From Hydrurus foetidus (Eukaryota), in assembly GCA_900617105.1 (NCBI GenBank), contig UYFQ01000836.1, positions 1 through 64,000 of the forward strand: a DNA stretch of 64,000 nucleotides. Direction: 5' to 3'. Below, in pieces: positions 1 through 12,413 of the stretch. The translations under genes were made by a program, and so were the position numbers. The notes under the pieces were generated by a model, which made no database searches, had not been told where the DNA came from, and worked only from the letters and a program-made list of their open reading frames with translations. Position 1 is the first letter of the stretch. The number at the start of each line of letters is the position of its first letter.

Positions 1-440
1 ATTTTTGAAGCAAATCGATCTTATTTCCGGAGACCGTTTTCTTATTTCCGGGAACCCGCCGTATGCTAAAAAAATCGTACGGGTTGAGAATCGAAGAATT
101 GGAATTGGCCATCCTTATATGCAGACACCAAGCAGCACAACAGACCTCCACGAATTCTGCACCGAGCCAACTTCTGAGGGGCTCGTCGTCATCTGGAAGC
201 TTGTCTCGAGTAGGCTAGCGCTTGGAATGATGTTGAGACGGTTCGTAGCAATTTATCCAGCCAACGATTTGAATTCCTGACCTTGCTGATTTTTTTCTCC
301 CTGGTTTATGCTTCCCGTGATCGATAAAGGTTGCGGTCAATTAATAAAGTGGCTCATGGGGTACGCTGAGCAAGAATCCGGCATTTTGATTGGGATTCAG
401 GGTACGCAATGACTCAGAGGAAAAATGAAATAATGCTTGA

Positions 441-755
441 ATTTTGCTTGCAGTATGCTGATCTATTTGACATGCAGCTCTTGCAATTTTAATCAACAGC
501 ATCTGAGATTTTGCATGTGATATGCAGATGCAAGTCAAATTATGTTCCGCAACTCAAAATTCGTTGAAATTGAGTTGTTTCAAAGTTGACTTTTTTTCAT
601 GGATTTTGCTTGCAATATGCTGATCTATTTAACATGCGGTGCTTGCAATTTTAATCAGCGGCAATTGAGATTTTGCATGCGATATGCTACTGTGTTTTAA
701 ACTGTTTTCCGTGACTCAAAATTCCTTCAAATTGGACTATAACAAAGTTGACTTC
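441..755. repeat. Diverged tandem duplication, two ~162 bp units
   Basis: ATTTTGCTTGCA.TATGCTGATCTATTT...TTGCAATTTTAATCA...TGAGATTTTGCATG...CAAAGTTGACTT occurs from 441 and again from 603. Confidence 0.85.
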
Positions 756-1367
756 CTTCTTTTTGCCTACATCTCCATGATAACAGGGTGCTGGTATGGA
801 GTGAGCAGTGATCGCGAGATGGTGCAATCGATAACGTCAGCCCTGTCGAGTAAACTGTGCAGCCCTGCAATCATGCGGAAGTGCGATCGATGTCAGCAGC
901 TGTGTTGGGTATGGTGCAGCGATGCAATATGACACACAACGCTCAGGCAGTAGGCGATTCATTGTACGGCATGCAGAGCAGGATGTCACTTCCGATCATG
1001 CGAATGTCAGTTCCGATCGGTTAGGTGTGAGAGGAGTCACACACAACAAATGCAGTAGGTGGTGGACAACGGTATCAGCTTTGTTGGGTAGCATATCTTG
1101 CAGCATTGTGGTACGATGTATTCAACCAAGTTTACTTCATCGAAGTGTTTTACTTGTATCTTTTACGATGTCGCATTGTATTTTGTGTTGTAATCCGTTT
1201 CGACGGTGTGATCGTGTTGGAATAGATTTCCAATTGTCAAGCCTTCGAAATAGAAGGCATCGAAGTCTCTTTTGTATCAGTTGCGATTGCGAAAGGTATG
1301 CGCTAAAAATGATCAGACAAATATTTCTATTTAGTTAAGGAATCAAATGGGAACTTAATCAACCAAG

Positions 1368-3985
1368 TTAGACGCATTGCGAATCTGCAGCAGCAAAGAA
1401 AGAATCCAACTTTCTTGTAGCCGCCTGTGCTGGGAAGCGCACTCCTTCATCTCTTGCAATTTCAGGAACGTATGTATTCAATTCGCGATACCTTTTCGCA
1501 ATTGCACTAACCGTAGCTGTCTTTGCCCTGCATTTTGCAATCTCTGAAGGCTTCGATGCATCCTCCTTCAGCACTACCTTCTTTGCAGACGAACCTAGCT
1601 TCTGCGATTTAGCATGAGTAATGGCATCGGCATATGACGTCTCACTTGATTGAAGCCATGCCATTGCTGCTGATGTGGCTGAAATAGCGACAGCCCGCAA
1701 GTCTAAACAGTAGAATCCATGAATTTTGTGTGAGCTCTTAGAATACTACCATTCGTTGAGGACCTCTTACCTGTTATCCATTGAGCGTAAGATCCATCAG
1801 TGGCTCCGTCAGGCTTCGCTTTTAGCAACAAGGTTCTTTGAGCCTCGGTAACGCGATTGTGCAGTAGAATGTGGACCTGTTTCGCCTCACTGCGTAGATT
1901 ACTGGCCGTTCCGTCGAAGTCGGCACCACGTAGAGGTCCTTTTCTCCAGCTGCTCTCATTTTGTAGCCCATAAAAGTACCTATGATAATAGTGTGTGAGA
2001 AGTAAGCTTAAGAAGGATAAACAAGTGCGAATTGAGGTTGTCGTCCCTAAGCGTACCAGTCGTAAAACAGCTCTTGCGCCTTATGTCCCTTCTTCATTAC
2101 ATACAGTGTAAGAGCGGTTGCTGATGCTTGACAGAGGCTAGTGTTGAGTGAGGGTATTAAAGAGGGTGGCTCGCATGATGTCGAAGTCGAATGTTTTCCA
2201 TCACCAATCTCTTCAGTAGGTGAAAAGTCCTCCCGGGACCTCTTTATTTGGCGCGTCGGTGTCCCTCTCTCCAGCAGAAGACCCATAATAGTATCGATTT
2301 TGGAATCTTGAGCAATGATGATAGCTCTTAAAGCATTATTACCGTCAACAAGGGCCTTGCTCGATGCTTCCAGGTCAGACACTTTGGATAGCATGTATGA
2401 GACAATATTACCACTGTCGGTAGCAACTTTCACTTCTTCCATCCGATTCTCCCGACTGTATACTTCCTTCACTTCTCCCCCCCATTCCAAAAGTTGGTAA
2501 AGTGGAACGCCACAACTCCTCCCTGTCAAACTACGCGGTATGGATTGTATGTGCTTTTGATAGAGAATAATGCAACAGTGTCACTTGAATACCTGTGCTG
2601 AATAACTCGACGAGAGCTGCGTGTTTCGGGTACTTCTCCTGGAATGACTACAGGTGAAGCAATAACGTGGCAAAGAGACACTCCGCCAGTGGCCAAAGAA
2701 TGCATCCTACTCTCATTCCAGGTACTGAGTCCTTGAACAGAGCATGAATGAGGTTATCAACCTGAGTTGAGTTTGCTTCATTTTTAAACACACACTTGGG
2801 TAGGTAAACCTTGGATCTTGAATTGGGCCAACCCGCCAGAGCTCTTCCGCCGATAGAGATAGATTGAATACTCCGAATCAAGTACTCGAAAATATTGCAG
2901 TAGCTTGCACATTCCCAACCACCGCGGAGTATCCCATGTATCAGCTCAGATGTTGGATGGTTGACTGTAGTTACGGTGAGATACATTAGAAGTGGATAGA
3001 GTACATGCAAACGATTCGAAAGGATATGATTGTACGCACCGATCTCGTTGACGGCACCTACTCTCAGGGAAGTACCCGTGAAGGATCCATAGGTTTGAAC
3101 ATCCTGGAGTGCCTCTTGCAGCCACTTTGTGATCGTTGGTGCAGCTCCTGCTTCGAGAGTTGCCAGGGAGGGGAAGATCCACAAGCTGTCTAGCGGACAG
3201 AGGAATTTGCTGATACCACCACCGAGGGATAGGTAGAGTGCGAGCTGAAAATAAAAATCGATTTCGAATGTGTCGAAATCTGGGAAAAAGTTCATCGGAT
3301 CAGAGTCTCCTGTCTTCAACTCGCTCCAATTTAAGACGAGATTTTTGTTGATATTGCACCATCTCGCAGAATCCCAGGAAACTGTCGCAACTTCTCCTGA
3401 CCTACCCACAGCACAGAAGAGCATTACCATCGCAAAACTTCTGCATGTACTCTCTGCTGTTCCTGTCTGCCAGAGAATGCAAAAGATGTCACACATTTTT
3501 ATTTCCTAGGTTCCACTGGCCTAATTTTCTTACCTTCATCATGCTTTGCATAAAGTACGATCGACAGCATCAGATTTTTCTTGTACCGCTAATCCGAGAA
3601 GTATCTGCCTTCTGTTGACAGCTGCAGCGATAACGCTCCTCAGCTTCGTATACTAGAGCCGTTCAGTCGACCAAATTTTTTTCTTAGGGAAACGCGCGAA
3701 AGCCAAATTTTTCATTCCCGACACATACTGGGTGCACGTATCCCTCATCAGCAACTTCTCTTTCTTCTCTTTGGACTTGGACTTCTCTCCAGTTGTTGCA
3801 GTCTCAATAACATATCGAGCGAAGATCTGAAAAAGCTCCACTGAGCAGACTTCATCTACGGATAAATCAGCAAATTCTGGCTGTTCTCGTAATCTCTGCA
3901 TGCCGTTGAATTTAGCTAAAGCTGCGTTTTTTCCGGTTACAGTCGATGGAGCACTTCCTGCAGTAAGAGGCATAATTTCGCTCAT
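1368..3985 (-). pseudogene. Spliced tyrosine recombinase, Crypton-like, disrupted
   Basis: Motifs in order: AVGRSGEV (first catalytic Arg), TGTSLRVGA (HxxR box, His replaced), RGGW, NIFEY (Tyr nucleophile). GT-AG introns at 3467-3533, 2965-3039 and near 2530-2590, 1980-2055, 1705-1770 join the ORF fragments. In-frame TAG at 3653-3655 and 2648-2650 and a frameshift near 3550. Confidence 0.8.
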
Positions 3986-4262
3986 TGCTGAAAAGTTTGC
4001 CAGATTGTGATATTCGATAAAAGTTTTTTCCAGGGATATTTCGAAAATTATCTGCTCTATAATACATAATACTGTACAGTACACGTAAAGACAGCAGCTA
4101 CCCTCCCATCTCCCATATAACGTAAAGTTCGGATAGCCCAGGATCGGATCGCTCAGGATTTGGCACTTTTTTTTCCTGAGTGCCGATGCACGGGTATAAG
4201 ATATTTGACATTCAATTTTATCTAGTATGTCTTTCTTTCTGAGCGCCGATAGCAGGAGAGTA

Positions 4263-4332
4263 ACCAGGATAGCTCACTTGGTGGAGCGGTCGGACCTGCA
4301 GACAGTGGTGGCGGGTTCGCAGCCAGGCGGAA
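4263..4332 (+). ncRNA. Degenerate tRNA-like sequence (Pol III A/B boxes; pseudo-tRNA or SINE-head-like)
   Basis: A-box-like TAGCTCACTTGGTGGAGC from 4270, B-box-like GGTTCGCAGCC 4314-4324 at tRNA spacing; acceptor and anticodon stems pair poorly. Confidence 0.55.
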
Positions 4333-5039
4333 TCACTTCAATCGACCATCTTTTCTGATGCGACTTATATAAAATAGACTTCACACTCTATTCCTCAACT
4401 TTGAGCCTCTCGATCGCGATCAACAATCACAAACCCAAGATGACGGCAGAGCAAATTGATTTCTTCAGATGCTGGACTTCTGACGATTGATTTCTTGTTC
4501 GGAACGCTCTAATTATCAGGTAAGAGAATCGCAGGGTGCTTTGAGCAACCGAAACCTTATTTATGTGGATCGCAAAAATCTCAATCAGAGACGAATTTTT
4601 CTGATGCCTCGATTTGATCCCCCAGATTAATCGAGGTCGTCTCATCAGACAGGATCGATCTTTGAGGTGTCGTGATGGGGCTGCGAGTGGATTTCTTTCC
4701 CTTGAAGGTGTGAGTAATGACATTTTGCCGATTGTGTCATCACATTGGGTGCATGGTTTTAAGTGACTATTTTGTCGTGTGCCACAGTCAATTAATTGAT
4801 TCAGCTGCTGCCCCTTTGCACCTGATATGCTGTGGGGTCTTGAACGAAGTCTGTGAGCTCCAATCTGCTGAATCTGTCGTCCCTAGAAATCGGCGGCTTC
4901 TTTTTTGACCATCTCTTCTCTATATCTCTCCTTCTCCAGTTCTTTCATCAAGGAATGAATCCTCTTTGACTGCGGTACGAAGTAGGTGGAGATGTTTTTC
5001 ATCTTCTTCAAGTTGCTTGACCACTCTGCTATGAATATT

Positions 5040-5310
5040 ACTCCTATGCATGGCTCATCGCACAGCTCAGGAACGTGCATGGCTCAGGATGGCATCATTT
5101 CCTGAGTGCCGATGCACGGGTATAGGATAATTTGAAAATCCTGGGCATCCGATCCTGAACTATCCGAGATTTTCTACTCCTGTACATGGCTCATCGGATA
5201 GCTCAGGATCGGATGGCTCAGGATGGCATCATTTCCTGAGTGCCGATGCACGGGTATAGGATAATTTGAAAATCCTGGGCATCCGATCCTGAGCTATCCG
5301 AGCTTTACGT
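5040..5310. repeat. Two tandem ~135 bp units, each a hairpin
   Basis: ATGGCTCAGGATGGCATCATTTCCTGAGTGCCGATGCACGGGTATAGGATAATTTGAAAATCCTGGGCATCCGATCCTGA is present twice; a partial third copy lies at 4130-4208. Confidence 0.9.
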
Positions 5311-5620
5311 TAGCTTATTTCCGGATAACTTCCCGGAAATAAGATTCCGGCGTGCGGCCGGAAATAAGCAATTTTTGCTTCAAAATCACCAAAAGACGTG
5401 CGGAATTGGCAGTAGTAAGTTGTAAGTCCAACGGTCAACTTCTCGGCAAATTTTGCATGAAGTTCCCAGAGGGCGGCGCAGGTTCCAAGATCCAAGAGGT
5501 TTCGAGTTTGAAGTTTTATGATCTATCAGTGGTAAGTGGCGTTAACAAGTAACAAGTGAATGCAAGTCAAAAGAAGAAAGCTCTCGCGTTGGAAAATCTT
5601 CTCGCGTAGAGACTCTCACA

Positions 5621-8600
5621 ATGGCAACATTTCAGGGCGCAGATTTCCAGTCAGAGTCAGTCTTTTGGTTGGGCGTTGAGAGCCCTGTGAAAGAAATGCT
5701 CCTGAAGCTCCATAAATCGTCCGAGAGTCAAATCCTAGAAACTACCGAATTGAGGCAGATGTTCTCCGACTTTGTCTCCGAGAGAGATGCTTCTATCCGA
5801 GTAGTGATGGATAAAGTTGCTGACTCGTATAGCTGCATTAACACCAAAGTCGACAAGAGACACATATCATCTCTAAAAGGGGAGCTATTTCAGGTTAAAA
5901 GACTACAGCGGAATTCGTCTTCGACACAATTTCTGTCACATCATCTAAGTAAAGTGACAATTTGTGCAGTCGGCTACTCAGGTTTGTCAGTTGACGACTG
6001 TTGTGGAGAAGCAGAGCGAAGTTATCATGAATCTCAACGCCTCACTGAAAGACTTAAAATTCAAAGTTTCAAAATCAATGGAACAACAGGTACATCGCAA
6101 TATTCAGATACAACATGTTTGAAATGTTTGCTCTTTGTGTTTCTGCCCCTTTGAATGACTGTTGTCTTCCCACAATCGTGTTTGAATCTCATCAAAACAG
6201 TTTGGAAAATATCACTCTTCCTCGCAGACGCTTTCTTCTCTGACACTCTCTTATTTTTCTGTCAATATACTATTCATAATCGTATTCTGATTATTCTCCT
6301 TCTCTCATCTGTCTTCATGTTATGATCCAACAATATTACGAGCGGAAGTATCAATAAGCGTTTCTTATTCTGCTTATACACAACATTTTGCTGTGTCTAG
6401 TTTTTTTTGTTCAGAAAGTTTTTTGTATGATGAGAAGCAATAAGCGTCCGCAGTTGCAATTTCGTCAACCCAAATATTTTTGAAAAGTGTAACATTTTTA
6501 CATTGACTCTATTTATCCAGTATTTTCCAAGAATGCTCTACTAAACTGCTCATATATCGATTGAAAAAAATTGAATTGTGATACCTTGAAATTCTAAAGA
6601 TTGCCTATCGTAAATTTTTTCACATCTCTGGAATCTTTTTTTTTCTTTTTTTCCTTTTTTTACAGGCAAAAGAGTTGAAAATTTTAACCGACAAAATATC
6701 GTCGCTGGATTCAATTTTAAAATCAAATTCAAAAAGGTGCGAAATTCATCATGACAAGCATGTTAGGATTCCTAATCGTTTTTCGTTCCATGATTTCAAA
6801 TGAATCCATTGCGTTATCATATCGGGACTATATATTATTTTTCTACTTTACATTTTCTTCGTTGGAGTGTTACTCTTTGTGTGGTTAGAGAGAAATATTT
6901 TAAGTTTTCACATCCTGTCAAAAATTAACGTAAATCAGTGTAATCCTTGTTTTTTCTTCTTCCTCAGTGATGTAAGCTGTGTCGAAGAAAAAAATGTAAA
7001 GAAAATGCCTCGGGAAATATGCAACAGTCGGTCTGACCTCAAAATAGAACAGGTGGAGCAGATATACCTATCTTGGAATAAACAATGTCCATAACCGATT
7101 GATTTGTCAATTTTATGGTATTTGCCGCTTAAGAATGTATGTGTGACGCACAATCAAGTGTATCACCACTATAAATTGATTTATTATCATTTGTCACATA
7201 TCTATTTATCACTCTATTTGTATTCATCTCATGGTGACATCTTACTTCTTTTTCCCTTCGTCCCACTCTCCTCCTTTTTCATCTCATTAATCGCACAGGA
7301 GAGGATAACAAACGACTACATCACTCACACGTCATCAGAACTCAAAGCTGAAATGTTCGCGCTGTCCGTACGTACGAGAAACGAGGTGAAAGATCGTGGA
7401 CTTCAAATTCCACACTTGATGTTCCCAATCTCTGTGCTCAGTTGTTTACTTCTAATTATTATAGTAGAACAGCTGTATTCAAAATCCGCAGTGTTTTTTT
7501 GTTTTTAATTTTTTCTGAATTGATTTACGGGATTTCAGTTCGTGCATTTTAATTTCTTACCGTACTTACGTAACGACTAACATGGAATTAAATTCATTGA
7601 CTCTAAAACTAGTGATTCCCTTAACTTATGTGCTGTAAACTTTGATGATGCAGATGACGGAATTCAGGCGGAATCTAAGGGCCGAAGTCTCTAGTCGACT
7701 GACACCCGTACTAAATGCAATTTCTTCCATTGAAGTTGCTCTGTGCGTACAAACACAAATGTCCAGCACGTACGATGCAGGTATTGCAATTGTTTCAATC
7801 TGCACGATTTTGATATCAGTATTAGAGACTTTTGTATCATTAGTTGTATTTCGTAAAATGGACATGAGAACTTCTTGTTTTTTATATTTATTATTATTAA
7901 TTTTCCTGTACTTTTTTGATTTCTTCTCGATAGGTAGTACTGATAAGAAATCCAGCAAAGACGGAAAATTTGATCGAAATTCAGGCAGTGTAAAAAAGGA
8001 AATTATTTTAGATAGCGATCATAATGATTACGAAATGGATGATAAGGAAAGAAGAAAAAACAAGCAACAAATAAGCAGAAGACGGAGGGAGGAAGAAGAT
8101 GAAATCAACGAAAATGAAAAAGAGAGTCACGAAGATAAGAAGAATTACAAGCGAGGAAGTAAAACAGGTACTAGTGAAGTTGTGTGGGAATGTGAAAAAT
8201 CCGAAAATGATGACGATAATAATCCAAAGGATGGATATGTGTGGACGAGGAGAGTAAAGGGCGAAAAAACAGAAAATGGCGATAGAAGAAAAAGATCTGA
8301 TGAAGACGCTGTTAAGATGTATGAAGAAAAATATAACGAAAATATAAAAGATGATCATATAATACAAAGAAAAATATGGGGAAAAGATAGGGGTTTGAAA
8401 AATAGAGTAAAAGATAATGGAGTTGAAGAGAGTAACAACGAGAATGATGGTGATGATAGAATGAATACAAAGGATCATTATAATGACGAAGTTATCAGAG
8501 CTGTTACACTTAATTTGCAGAGAATTACTTTGCGTGAAAAAGTCAGCAGGTGAGATTGAAATTATACTTGAAGGGAATTTTCTCAATATTTGTAAATAAA

Positions 8601-9094
8601 ATTTTTAATGACACTGTCAATTACGATTCATTCTCTTCGTTCGCAAATATTTAATATAAAATCAATTATATCGTTCTTTATTTATCCAATCATTTGTTTG
8701 TAAAACATCATGCCACACAGAATTTCAAAAGCCTTCATTTTTATTTCATTTTTTACCACCGACTTCTGATACCTTTGTGTGCTGACGAAAATTTATTTTG
8801 TCCTACATTACCAAAAATATTTCAAATTTCAATCATTTACCGACTTTTTTTCATTTCAGTAAAATACTGGCAGACTTGAAAACCGAACTTCATAAATCAC
8901 TGAGTAAAAAAACAAATGAAAAGGATTTCTTAAATTTTAAATCGGACATACAAACGCTGCAAAAAGAATCTGAATTAGGATGGCGTATTGCGTTGGGAGA
9001 AATAGGATCGAAAATGAAAAAAGAGAAAGATTTCTGTAATCGAGAAATAAAAGAATTGAGAAATTTGATACTTGATTCAGTGCGACAACAGTGA
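5621..9094 (+). CDS. Multi-exon hypothetical protein, coiled-coil and charged low-complexity
   Basis: ATG 5621; plausible exons about 5621-5892, 5971-6089, 7298-7385, 7654-7780, 7933-8549, 8860-9094 bounded by GT/AG; no domain recognised. Confidence 0.55.
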
Positions 9095-9908
9095 ACTTTT
9101 ATAATTCGTTCCACAGTTTGTTTCGAATATATCTCCCTTTGAATTGGTGTATCGCGTATTAGAGACAAAATGAACGGTTTGCATTACAGTATTTTTTTCT
9201 TCTTTCATTACCGATCACAAGATTCAATAACGAATTCACATCTTTTACTTCTTGCTTTTACACTTGCGCTCCTCTTAGACACGATTTACCATACGCACAT
9301 CTTCTTTTATGTATCACAAGAAACACGTACGTTCAGAGCTTCCCAGTAGTTTTAGTCGAGTTGATTATAATAAAATAAATCCAGTGATAACGAAAGAATA
9401 TTCGATCTTGAAAACTGATTCTATTTGGTAGTTTATTATCAGTATTTGACATCCTCAAGAGTGTAAGACCCTCTCTTATATGATTCCTTCCGATTATCGT
9501 GTGACGTAACGGACGGGAGAAAGCCCAACACGACAGAAAGACCTTATCTTCCTTTGACTTCGTCACATTTGACGATATTTCATTGTCTCGTCCGTTTACG
9601 AATAAAAAGCTATTTTTTAAATTTGCTGAAAATAGAGTAGAATGATAAATATTTTTTGTAATTACATGACTCTACTATGGCACTCTACGATAAACGTTCT
9701 CTATTCAATACATTTACCATTTCAATACGATGATAACCCATATTGCGTTATCTAACATCGAAACAAAACAAAATAGGACAAAAAAATCATAATTCAAAAC
9801 AATTTAAAAGAATGTGAAAAAAATGCATTTTCAATCTTAATTTTCATTTGAATTTATTTCATTTGATGCTGCACTGACTGACTGTGCGTGTATGTGCATA
9901 GCTTGTGT

Positions 9909-12413
9909 TTAGGCGTTTGTTGAAGCAGCCAGTGATGCGGCGGCCTGAAGGAAGAGGAAAAAATTGCATAGAAAAAAAGAAAAATTGGGAAGTAAGAACA
10001 TAGACAGAGTAACGAGAAAGAAAATTGCATGAGGAAAATTAAGAAGACAAAAAAGCATAGGCTGAAGCAAAGTAGCTCAGTAAACAAATTCATGATAAAA
10101 GGGCATTGCAACTAATACATAAATGGTACAGTATTACGGGAGCAGAATGAAATGGTTCTTGTTTAGTATTGGGCACACATACTAAACAGGAACCATTTCA
10201 TTCTGTCACTGTGATACGACACTCAGTACACTTAAGCAATACGAGGCACTTACAAGTTCATCAGCGAGAATCTTCGCAGCAGCAGCGGCTTCGATTTCCT
10301 CTGGGTTAAGTGGTCTGATAAAAAGTGAGATAAGAAGACGTGAGTTGATCGTTTTTGATTAATTAAAAATTGCTGAAAACACTTCTGTTGATCTTGGTCG
10401 GTTGCATTGTTAAAATATACGGTAATTTGATTTAACTGAAATTCATATTACGACAAATATTAAGTGAGAAGTGTTGATCTCCCACCTTATTTTCAAGTAT
10501 GAAAATAGCATACTCTGGAACAGTTGTGGCACAGTTTATTATAGTTTGCTCACCTTGTTGTTAGTTTGATGCCCACAAGTCTTGTCTCAGCATCCACTTT
10601 GAGAACTTCTGCGTCTACTCCAGGTCCGAAGTAACGGCCGTACCGAGATACTCTATGAATGAGAGGTGAGTGGTTGTGTGGGATAGAGTGAGGGATGACA
10701 GGGAGAGTACGCAAAGATTGAGATGGAACGATGAGTAGGGAGTGTGGGACGAAAGGAAAGTGGTGAAGATAATTGGCATAGAAAGGAGCGTTGAATGGAT
10801 GGCGTGAAATAGAATGAGGGGGATGATAAGAGTTCGGGTAGGATAAAATGGAATGGAATGTTAAATAGATGGTATGGAACAGTTACTAGCACAATAAGAA
10901 GATAAGATAAGCATATATCCGGGTAAAATTTCAATCACGAGAGTATTCGTCACTATCATAAATGTCCTAATATGATTTTACGTCATCATCAAAAGTAAAT
11001 AGACATCCTCAAAATCAGAAATTAAATTGTCTACCTGTTTGGCTCCGCCCAGATTTTGTATGGAGTTTCGGCTGATTCGAAAATCATGGTCATGATGAGC
11101 TCGCCCGTTGGACTTTCCTCCTGCACTATTGTCTTGAACTTGGGATATTTCTTCTGGGCTAATTTCAATCCTATTGATAGATAAATTAATTGTTAATTAG
11201 ATAGACATAAGAAAAGAGGTGAAGAATTGATGAGTGAGTATTCATGTAATGTGAAAATTTTCAAATTATGGTCTAGTCCGAACAAATTGTGGTAAATTTG
11301 TGTTTATTGAAGAGAGCACTTATACAGTTATTTTTGACTGTCTGTTTTGTATCAGCGAGTGGAGGTGACATTTACAACTCGGTTCGATGAAGAGCGTTGT
11401 ACTGAAATACATTAGAGGCATTGTAGTTACCTAGGGCATCGAGTGTTGTGTCCAAGTGAGCGTCATCTCCATATCTGTGTCTAGTCACATCCTACACAGG
11501 GAATATCAGAAGGAATATGATGTCATTTATTAACACATCAATCTTCACACGTGATGTAATATCTCGAGTGATCTGGTCAATAAATGTGTGAAATAAAAGT
11601 GGCTCAAAAAGTGCACCTGCTTAATTTTCTGGAGATTTTCCGTGCTTTTTGCTGCCCATGCTCTGTCACCGGCCTCACTACTCTCGACCTAACAGACATC
11701 AAATGTGGAGGAGATTAGTCGTGTTAGAATCTGTGTAAGCTACTCTATGAGAGATTACTCATCAGAATTTGCTAATGCGTTAAAATGTCGAACTCACCAG
11801 TACTGGAGGAATCTCGGCATACCAAAGTGAAAGACCAATAAGGAAAATAGGGATACCTAAAAGTGCAGTACGAATAGTGGGAAAGATATGTCAGCATGTC
11901 ACAACTGATGATGCAATAGAAAGCAGACGAAAACAGTTATGGAAAACAGAACTCGTCAATAACGCACCGTATACAAATCCGAGTGAAGATATAGCTCCAT
12001 CTCCTCCTCCATCATTTAAGAAAAATCCGGCGAAAGATGACCCAGTTAAGACAACACCGATAGAAAATACAACTAATGGGAGAGAGAAGCCTCTGATTTC
12101 AAAGGGCACAGTGTCTCTAAGATAAACACCGTCAGGCAAATTTCCACTCGGCTGTATTGAGAATGAGTGAATGTTATGAGACATGTTCGGACTTAATAGT
12201 GTCATTCCATTCCTACTGTTTAGATGTGAGCTGCCTCTCTACCTTGTTTGCAACACCCTTAGCCTCAAGTCCCCATCTCATTGTCATGGCGTTTCTTGAA
12301 GTGACTCTTGTGCACATTGATGAACTTCTCATCGAAGGACCATTGAAGGCAGACACTGATGACGCCGCCAGAAGCGCGCAAACGCATGATGCAACAGCTG
12401 TACCTTTCGTCAT
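9909..12413 (-). CDS. Plastid-targeted thylakoid protein, DUF2854 / slr0575 / APE1 (acclimation of photosynthesis to environment)-like
   Basis: Presequence MTKGTAVASCVCALLAASSVSA-F; spliced peptides LGFVYG-IPIFLIGLSLWYAEIPPV, DVTRHRYGDDAHLDTTLDALG, YGRYFGPGVDAEV match the family; TAA at 9909-9911. Confidence 0.85.

Larger units (their letters stand above)
4120..5310. mobile_element. Non-autonomous element with ~40 bp terminal inverted repeats, flanked by TA
   Basis: Left end ACGTAAAGTTCGGATAGCCCAGGATCGGATCGCTCAGGATT versus reverse complement of right end ACGTAAAGCTCGGATAGCTCAGGATCGGATGCCCAGGATT; TA at 4118-4119 and 5311-5312. Confidence 0.75.
2..5386 (-). mobile_element. Putative tyrosine-recombinase (Crypton-like) DNA element bounded by imperfect inverted repeats; left end may extend beyond the window
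   Basis: CTTATTTCCGGGAA at 41-54 is the exact reverse complement of 5330-5343; CTTATTTCCGG 20-30 pairs with 5358-5368; TTTTGAAGCAAA 3-14 pairs with 5374-5385. The interval contains a recombinase gene. Confidence 0.5.

Noticed and set aside
2648..3655. TAG reassignment or readthrough to explain in-frame stops in the recombinase and the 31 kb gene
   Set aside because: Both genes also have frameshifts, and other genes in the window (DUF3727-like, ABCG) end at TAG.
4263..4332. Functional tRNA-Cys gene
   Set aside because: Acceptor and anticodon stems do not pair properly; kept only as tRNA-like.
4427..5080. Transposase ORFs inside the 4120-5310 module
   Set aside because: Short ORFs with no recognisable DDE, HTH or reverse-transcriptase motifs.
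8008..8586. Hydrophobic 192 aa membrane-protein ORF on the minus strand
   Set aside because: It is the antisense shadow of the charged, purine-rich exon of the plus-strand gene.
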